Assembly: GCA_963663895.2 (NCBI GenBank)
Contig: CAXXRD010000002.1
Location: forward strand, 448,001-512,000
Source of the DNA: Dehalococcoidia bacterium
GTDB lineage: Bacteria > Chloroflexota > Dehalococcoidia > Bin125
DNA length: 64,000 nt
Direction of reading: 5' to 3'
Of this stretch, positions 57,674 through 64,000 are shown in pieces. Both the position numbers and the translations under genes were made by a program. Under the pieces are notes generated by a model. The model was not told the origin of the DNA. It did not search any database and was given only the letters and a program-made list of their open reading frames with translations. Numbering within the stretch: the first letter of the stretch is position 1; every line of letters starts with the position of its first letter.

Positions 57674-58738
57674 TTAAGCGCGCCCCGCCAGGATGTCGTC
57701 CAGACGGCGGCAGGCAGCACCGTGGTTGCCAATCCCGCCAGAACGCTCGACGGGAAGAAGCTCCGCCTCCCAACGCTCGCACTCCGGCTCACGGACCGGA
57801 CAGCGCGAGTAGAGGTTGCAGCCAGGCGGGAGGTTGATGGGGCTGGGGATCTCGCCACTGAGCGCGTACTCGGGCAGGCCCGCATCGGGGTCCGGGTAGA
57901 GGACGGCAGAGAGCAGCGAGCGCGTGTAGGGATGGACGGGGTTCTCGAAGACCGTGTCGGTGGGAGCGAACTCAACGACGAGGCCGAGGTACATCACGGC
58001 GACGCGATGGCTGATGCTGCGCACGGCGGTGAGGTCGTGGGAGATGAAGAGATAGGAGACGCCGAAGCGCTCTTGCACCTCCTGCAGTAGCTCGATGATC
58101 TCGAGGCGACCGCCCACATCCAGGTTGGAGACGGCTTCGTCGAGGACGATGAGGTCGGGCTGCATGATGAGGGAGCGCGCGACGGCACAGCGTTGCTGCT
58201 GGCTGCCGGTGAGGGCTTCGGGGTGCGAATCAGCGAGGACATCTGAGACTTGTACGGCGTCCAAGACTTCGGCGATACGCCTTTCCCGCTCGTCACGGGG
58301 GAGCTTGAGAATGCGCACGGCGTCGCGCAGGGCGGTGCGGATCGTCATGCGCGGGTTGAGCGAGTTGGACGGATCTTGGAAAACCATCTGGAGCTTGGGA
58401 CGGATCTTGCGGAACTCGCCCGTGCTCATATGACTGATGCGCTGGTCGTCGTACCAGATTTCGCCCGCGGTGGGCTCCGTGAGACGGAGCATGACACGGC
58501 CGAGGGTCGTCTTGCCCGAGCCTGACTCGCCGACGAGCCCGACGGTCTCACCGCGGCCAATCGTGAGATCGACGCCGCCGACGGCGACGAGATTCTCATG
58601 CCGCGAGATCTTGAAGTGCTTCGCAAGGTTGCGGACATCAATGAGGATGTCGTCTCCCGGCGAGACGGATTCGGCGTCCGTCGAAGGGGTAGCGGGTGCG
58701 TCTGGGGATTGAGTGTCGGTTGTCACGTTGTCAGTCAC
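57674..58738 (-). CDS. Oligopeptide/dipeptide ABC ATP-binding protein (OppF-like)
   Basis: GESGSGKT, degenerate signature LTGSQQQR, HPYT, PPGC...RCP tail. Confidence 0.9.
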   Translation of the reverse strand: MTDNVTTDTQSPDAPATPSTDAESVSPGDDILIDVRNLAKHFKISRHENLVAVGGVDLTIGRGETVGLVGESGSGKTTLGRVMLRLTEPTAGEIWYDDQRISHMSTGEFRKIRPKLQMVFQDPSNSLNPRMTIRTALRDAVRILKLPRDERERRIAEVLDAVQVSDVLADSHPEALTGSQQQRCAVARSLIMQPDLIVLDEAVSNLDVGGRLEIIELLQEVQERFGVSYLFISHDLTAVRSISHRVAVMYLGLVVEFAPTDTVFENPVHPYTRSLLSAVLYPDPDAGLPEYALSGEIPSPINLPPGCNLYSRCPVREPECERWEAELLPVERSGGIGNHGAACRRLDDILAGRA

Positions 58739-58770
58739 TCCGTCACATCATCCGCTTCGTCGTGGTTGCG

Positions 58771-59598
58771 CTAGCGTGAAGCCGCGGCGGCAGACCATTC
58801 GGCCGCCTTCTGGCGCTCCAATACGGTGGCTCGCATCAACTCCTGGCTGACCGGATGCTGCTGCTCCTTGAAGAACGTGCGGACTTCGGCATTCTCAACG
58901 ATCCGTCCCTCGCTGACGACGGCGACGCGGTCACAGAAGTGGGCAACGATGCCGAGATCGCGCGTGACGATCAAGAGACCCACATTGTCCTCGCGGATGA
59001 GACCGGCGAAGTCCTCCAGAATCTGGCGCTGGATGGTGACGTCAATCCCCGTGGTGGGCTCATCGGCAACGATGAAACGGGGAGAGTTCGCCAAGGCCAT
59101 GGCGACGACCGTGCGCTGGGCCATGCCGCCGCTGAGCTCGTGCGGGTAAGCCAAGGCGCGCTTGTCCGGATCGGGAATGCCGACACGATCGAGGAGCTGA
59201 ATCGCACGCTCTAGCGCTTCTGCCTTGGCCATCTCGGGATGGTGGTCCCGCAGGACACGCACAATCTGGCGGCCCACTTTCTCGAGTGGGTTCAGCCGGA
59301 TGCGGCCCCCGGGCAGCACCAGAGAGAGTTCTTCTCCCAGGATTAACCGGCGGTCATCGGGAGGCATGGACAGCAGATCCTGGCCTTCAAACAAGATCTC
59401 ACCGCCGATGGGGACGACGGGGGGGCGCAGGAGACCGCCGATGGCGTGGACAAGCAGCGACTTTCCGGAGCCCGCCTCGCCGACGAGTCCCAGCGACTGG
59501 CCTGCCTCCACGCTGAGAGAGACATCTTCGAGCATGGTGTCGAACCCGGACTCGGCTCGACTGGGCAGGCCCACGGTGAGGTTCTTGATCTCGAGCAT
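58771..59598 (-). CDS. Oligopeptide/dipeptide ABC ATP-binding protein (OppD-like)
   Basis: GEAGSGKS, YPHELSGGMAQR, ADEPT; start MLEIKN at 59598. Confidence 0.9.
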   Translation of the reverse strand: MLEIKNLTVGLPSRAESGFDTMLEDVSLSVEAGQSLGLVGEAGSGKSLLVHAIGGLLRPPVVPIGGEILFEGQDLLSMPPDDRRLILGEELSLVLPGGRIRLNPLEKVGRQIVRVLRDHHPEMAKAEALERAIQLLDRVGIPDPDKRALAYPHELSGGMAQRTVVAMALANSPRFIVADEPTTGIDVTIQRQILEDFAGLIREDNVGLLIVTRDLGIVAHFCDRVAVVSEGRIVENAEVRTFFKEQQHPVSQELMRATVLERQKAAEWSAAAASR

Positions 59599-60584
59599 TA
59601 ACCGGCTTCCACTGAAGTTTCGGCTGACATGAGACCCTCCGCGCGCTTGACAGCCCGCATCCGAGCGGCGATGTCCTGCGCAGCGAAGGCGAAGATCAAA
59701 ACCATGAGGCCGAGCGCGACGCCTGGGAAGACCGAGGGCCACCACTCACCGGTGACCATATTGTTGGCGCCGACGCGGATCATGCCGCCCAACTCCGCTG
59801 TAGGCGGCTTTACGCCGGCACCAACGAAGCTGAGGCTGGCCGTAAAGAGGATGACGAAGCCGATGACCATGGGCACCGTTGCCACACTGGAGGCAACGGA
59901 GTTGGGGGCGAGGTGCCGGAAGATCAGGCGGAAGTTGCCGTGGCCGAGGATGCGGGCTGCGTCCGCATAGGGTTGCTCGCGAACGGTGAGCATCTCCGCA
60001 CGTGCGAGACGCGCGAAGACCGGCAAGTTCACGATGGTTAAGGCGATGATCACGATCTCCGTGGATTGCCCCCGGACGGCGACGAGCACGACGGCGAACA
60101 CGAAGAGCGGGAAGGACTGCAAGACATCCATGAAGCGCATGATGAGCTCGCTGGTCGCGGTCGCCGCGAGGGCGCGGCCTCCAATGTAGCCAGCCAGCAG
60201 ACCCAGCGGTACGCCGATGACGACGGAGAGCGCGGTGGCGGCAAGAGCGATCACGAGGTTGATGCGGGGGGCTGCCAGGACGCGGCTGAAGACATCCTGT
60301 CCAGAACGGTCGGTGCCGAAGAAGTGCGTGCCGCTGGGTCCTTCCAACGCATGTCCCGAGTCAATCTGCTCCGATCCCCAGCCGCAAGCACAGCCCGCGT
60401 CGGCGAGCCACGGTCCAATACTCGGCCCGATGACCGTGAGCAGAAGGATGATGCCGACTCCGCCGTAAACCGCGGCCGTCGTCAACCCCGGCTTCCGGAA
60501 GAGCATGCGCCTGAGGCCGTGAATCCGGCCGTCACCGGACGCGGCGAAGGAGTCCACAGTTTCCGAGGTGTCGGTTGTGGTCAC
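59598..60584 (-). CDS. Peptide ABC permease (OppC-like)
   Basis: HFFGTDRSGQDVFSR, YADAARILG, LSFVGAGV, WWPSVFPG. Confidence 0.9.
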   Translation of the reverse strand: MTTTDTSETVDSFAASGDGRIHGLRRMLFRKPGLTTAAVYGGVGIILLLTVIGPSIGPWLADAGCACGWGSEQIDSGHALEGPSGTHFFGTDRSGQDVFSRVLAAPRINLVIALAATALSVVIGVPLGLLAGYIGGRALAATATSELIMRFMDVLQSFPLFVFAVVLVAVRGQSTEIVIIALTIVNLPVFARLARAEMLTVREQPYADAARILGHGNFRLIFRHLAPNSVASSVATVPMVIGFVILFTASLSFVGAGVKPPTAELGGMIRVGANNMVTGEWWPSVFPGVALGLMVLIFAFAAQDIAARMRAVKRAEGLMSAETSVEAG

Positions 60585-61663
60585 AGACGGATCCTCGGGT
60601 CCAAGGCGGCATGGGCGATATCGACGATCAGGTAGACCAGCATGACCCAGATCGCCGCCACCAGCATGAAGCTCTGAGCGGCGAGGAAGTCGTTCTGCAA
60701 GACGGACTCCACACCGTAGTTGCCAAAACCGTTCAAGCTGAAGATACGCTCAACCAACACGGCACCACCGAGGAGGAAACCGTAGATCACGCCGATGATG
60801 GTGATGATCGGGGGCAAGGCATTGCGGAACTGCATCCAGCGAATCGTGCCGGTCTTGAGGCCCATCCCCCGGGCGTTCTCCACGTAAGCGCTGCTCTGGA
60901 TCTCGGCCATCGACGTGATCGTCATCTTGAGAATCGGGCCGCCGTAGACGAAGACCAAGGTTGCGACGGGCAGGACCATATGCCCGACGTAGGACTTCAG
61001 CGCGCCGCCATCCCCATGGATGATCGAGTCGATCACGTTGAAGCCCGTGGTCTTTTCCGGCTCCGCACCCAGAGCGAAGTAACCGCCAGGCTCGGGGACG
61101 ATGTCCGCCGTCGCGTAGAAGAGGAAGATGAGGATCAGAGCCAGCCAAAAGTCGGCGAGCGATCCGGCCAAGAGCCCGTAAAACGTCACCACTTTGGAAA
61201 GCGCTCTGTCAAGCTTGGCGGTCCAGCCCGTCTGCTTGGGAGAGCCGGCCCGAATCCCCAAGGGAATCATGATGAGGAGCGCGACGACGAGCGCGGTGGT
61301 GATGAATTCCAGGGTTGCCGGGAGCCGGTCCCTGAAATCATGGGCGACGGACTGTCCGGTGAAGAAGGACTTGCCTAAGTCGCCATGCACCAGCCCGTTG
61401 ATATAGGTGAAGTATTGGGAGATGACCGGATCGTTGAGGCCGAGATCCTCCCGCAGGGAATTCCGCTGGACCTCAGTGGAGAGACCGCCGAGAAGGACGT
61501 CAACGATATCGCCGGGGACCAGCTTCAAGAGAATGAAGGTGATGATGGTGACAATGAAGAGTTGGGGGAGGAAAAAGAGAAGGCGGCGGCGAATGAAAGG
61601 TGAACTGAGCATCGCCTTGAACGGCGAGAGGAGCGCGTTAAGGCCTTTGGCAATCAGAGTCAC
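60581..61663 (-). CDS. Peptide ABC permease (OppB-like)
   Basis: VPGD, GDLGKS, RLPATLE, YVENARGMG, GGAVLVE, DPRIR. Confidence 0.9.
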   Translation of the reverse strand: MTLIAKGLNALLSPFKAMLSSPFIRRRLLFFLPQLFIVTIITFILLKLVPGDIVDVLLGGLSTEVQRNSLREDLGLNDPVISQYFTYINGLVHGDLGKSFFTGQSVAHDFRDRLPATLEFITTALVVALLIMIPLGIRAGSPKQTGWTAKLDRALSKVVTFYGLLAGSLADFWLALILIFLFYATADIVPEPGGYFALGAEPEKTTGFNVIDSIIHGDGGALKSYVGHMVLPVATLVFVYGGPILKMTITSMAEIQSSAYVENARGMGLKTGTIRWMQFRNALPPIITIIGVIYGFLLGGAVLVERIFSLNGFGNYGVESVLQNDFLAAQSFMLVAAIWVMLVYLIVDIAHAALDPRIRL

Positions 61664-61930
61664 GGCACCACCGCTCCAACTACTGCGCTCGCCCTAGCCG
61701 CCGCGAGAATCATCACGGGGCATTCCAACTTCGATTGCCGACGCGGCTCCTGTAGCCGCAGCGCTCGCTCCTCAAGCCACGGGATAGCTGCTAGGAGTCC
61801 CTTGCTCCAGCCACCCGGCTCAAGTTGCAGCATAACTTAGTTGTCAGCGCGTCCTGCTGCAACCCTATGGGCAATGCCGCGGAGCAGACCCTTGGGACGC
61901 GCGAGAGGGTCACCGCCGGGCAGATCAGTC

Positions 61931-63322
61931 TCAGGCGGGACGCCGCCGGTGCCAGTCCGTGGTGAGCTGGAATTGGTGCCCCACGCGGAGCACTTGGGCC
62001 TCGTCCCAAGGACGGCCGGCGATCTGCAGGCCGACCGGGAGTCCCTGATCGTCGAAGCCGCAAGGGACGGTTAGCGCAGGCTGGCCGGTCAAGTTAAAGG
62101 GCCAGGTGCCGCGCAGCGAGGCAGCCATCACCGGCTCACGGAAGCCGTCCGGCGCGACGAACTCCTCCTGCTCGAAGGCGGCGGCAGTGGTAGGAACGGT
62201 GGGCGTGACAAGGACGTCAAGGCGATGCTCGTTGAAGAGGTCGCGCATGTCGGCGCCGATACGTGTGCGATTGCGGCGGGCGTTGATGTAGTCGGTGGCG
62301 AGGACGAGCTCGCCCTGCTTCAGCCAGCCGCGGACATCCGGTTGGTAGTCGTCGGCTTGGCGCCGCAGGCGGGCACCGTGCCAGGCGGAGGCCTCGGCGT
62401 TGAGGCCGGCTCCCGTCTCCTGCGTAAGGTCCAGGCTCAGCGGCATGCGGACTTCAGAGGTGGCGGCGCCGAGCCGCTGGAGGGCGGCGACCGCTTCGTC
62501 GAACGCGGCGGCGATGTCCGGATAGTGCGTCGTGAAATATCCGACGGCGACGCCGACGCGAAGCCCCGCGATCGGGCGGTCGAGCGCGGCGGGGTAGTCG
62601 GGCACGGGCTTGCGCGCGGTCGTCGCGTCCAACTCCGTGTGGCCGGCGAGCGCGTGGAGGACGCAAGCGGCATCTCGAGCAGTCCAGCACATCGGGCCGA
62701 CATGATCCATCGACCAGGTGAGGACGGCGACGCCGTCCTTCGGAACGCGGCCCATCGTCGCTTTCAGGCCGGTGATGCCGCAGAGCGCAGCGGGGATGCG
62801 AATAGAGCCGCCGGTGTCGGTGCCGAGGCCGAATGGGACATGTTCGGCGGCGATGGCGGCAGCGGTGCCACCACTGGAGCCGCCCGGCGTGCGGGCGGTG
62901 GCCGCGTCCCAGGGATTGCGCGTAGGCGGTGAGAGGATGCCGAAGGCGAACTCATGCGTGTTGGTCTTTCCGAGCATGACGGCGCCGGCGGCGCGCAGGC
63001 GCTGCACCACGGTGGCCTCTCGGGAAGGAACGTTGTGCCGCAGAACCTTTGAGGAGGATGTGGTCTCCACGCCGACGGTGTCGATCAGATCCTTGCAAGC
63101 GTAAGGGACGCCGTCCAAGGGGCCGATACGGCGCCCCTCGGCGCGGCGCGCGTCGGCGGCGTCAGCCTCGGCCAGCGCGCGATCGGGAGCAAGCGTCACC
63201 CAAGCCTGCAGCGTCGCATCGGTTTCGCCGATGCGCTCGATCGCTTGCGTCACGATCTCGCGACTGGAGAATTCGCCTGCTTGGAGGCCAGCGGCGAGGC
63301 GCTCCACGGTGAACGAGTCCAT
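61931..63322 (-). CDS. Amidase signature family protein
   Basis: GVPYACKD, PGGSSGG, GTDTGGSIRIPA, TGQPALTVP; start MDSFT at 63322. Confidence 0.93.
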   Translation of the reverse strand: MDSFTVERLAAGLQAGEFSSREIVTQAIERIGETDATLQAWVTLAPDRALAEADAADARRAEGRRIGPLDGVPYACKDLIDTVGVETTSSSKVLRHNVPSREATVVQRLRAAGAVMLGKTNTHEFAFGILSPPTRNPWDAATARTPGGSSGGTAAAIAAEHVPFGLGTDTGGSIRIPAALCGITGLKATMGRVPKDGVAVLTWSMDHVGPMCWTARDAACVLHALAGHTELDATTARKPVPDYPAALDRPIAGLRVGVAVGYFTTHYPDIAAAFDEAVAALQRLGAATSEVRMPLSLDLTQETGAGLNAEASAWHGARLRRQADDYQPDVRGWLKQGELVLATDYINARRNRTRIGADMRDLFNEHRLDVLVTPTVPTTAAAFEQEEFVAPDGFREPVMAASLRGTWPFNLTGQPALTVPCGFDDQGLPVGLQIAGRPWDEAQVLRVGHQFQLTTDWHRRRPA

Positions 63323-63363
63323 AGCTGCTCCTAGGTGCTGGGGCGGCGACGACGCGGGGCAGT

Positions 63364-64000
63364 CTAGTCGAGCACTGCCCCAGCGGGGGGACGGCGGTCG
63401 TGCCAGTCCGTGGCCTGTTGGAAGGCGTGGCCGACGCGGAGGATGGCGGTCTCCGCCCAAGGGCGGCCGGCGATCTGCAAGCCGACGGGGAGCGCGTTGG
63501 CGGTGAAGCCGCAAGGCACGGTCAAAACCGGCTGGCCGGTGAGGCTGAACGGGAAAGTGCAGCGGATGGTGCCGAAGACGAGCTCCTCTTCGAAGCCGTC
63601 CGGAGAGTGATAGTGCGTTTCGCCTTGGCGGACCGCGGGAGCGGGCACGGTGGGAGTGATCGTGACATCGAAGTCGTTGTAGAGGCGACGCATGATGGCG
63701 CCATAGCGACGCCGGTAGCGGCGGCCATTGATGTAGTCGGTGGCGAGGATGAAGTCGCCGGGACGGATCAAGCGGACGGTGATGGGCGGGTAGTCGGCCT
63801 CTTGCCTGCGGATGCGGCCCGCATGCCAGGCAGCGGCTTCCGGCATGCGGACGGCGAATCCGGGGACGTGCGGTGCGATGCCGTCGACGGTAGGGGCGGG
63901 GATGTCGCGCACGCTCGCGCCCAGTTGCTCCAGCACGGCGGCGGCGGCGTGGACGGCGTCGGTCACATCGGGGAAGCGGCTGGTGAAGTAGCCGCCCATG
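63364..64000 (-). CDS. Amidase signature family protein (3' part only, runs off window end)
   Basis: LATDYIN, PTVP, TGQPVLTVPCGF, GLQIAGRPWAE; close paralog of the adjacent amidase. Confidence 0.88.
   Translation of the reverse strand, partial: MGGYFTSRFPDVTDAVHAAAAVLEQLGASVRDIPAPTVDGIAPHVPGFAVRMPEAAAWHAGRIRRQEADYPPITVRLIRPGDFILATDYINGRRYRRRYGAIMRRLYNDFDVTITPTVPAPAVRQGETHYHSPDGFEEELVFGTIRCTFPFSLTGQPVLTVPCGFTANALPVGLQIAGRPWAETAILRVGHAFQQATDWHDRRPPAGAVLD

Overview
High-GC bacterial DNA with about 59 coding regions, mostly catabolic: five amidase-signature enzymes, three luciferase-like (LLM) oxidoreductases, two ThDP enzymes, two SnoaL/NTF2 proteins, a liu-type (leucine/isovalerate) carboxylase operon, a form II cox-type molybdenum hydroxylase, alr, pckA, a TPP-riboswitch-controlled ThiXYZ-type transporter and an Opp/Dpp-type transporter. 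This gene content suggests a Chloroflexota (Dehalococcoidia/SAR202-like) heterotroph; that is inference only. Main observations: (1) two selenoprotein genes that the ORF track splits at an in-frame TGA, each with a UxxC motif and a SECIS-like hairpin sharing a GCA-(AG)GUG-UGC apex. One is a peroxiredoxin-like protein (WUPYC); the other is a UGSC-family protein (DUATC) paired with a conserved unknown protein upstream of a thiamine-binding protein and cox genes. (2) The liu operon carries an AcdA-like 3-sulfinopropanoyl-CoA desulfinase where isovaleryl-CoA dehydrogenase is expected. (3) A foreign-looking islet encodes an OGG-like DNA glycosylase and a frameshifted PD-(D/E)XK nuclease. (4) A frameshifted lipoprotein gene separates coxG from coxSLM. 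No rRNA, tRNA, CRISPR array, transposase or integrase was recognised. All calls are from manual motif reading; no database searches were run.
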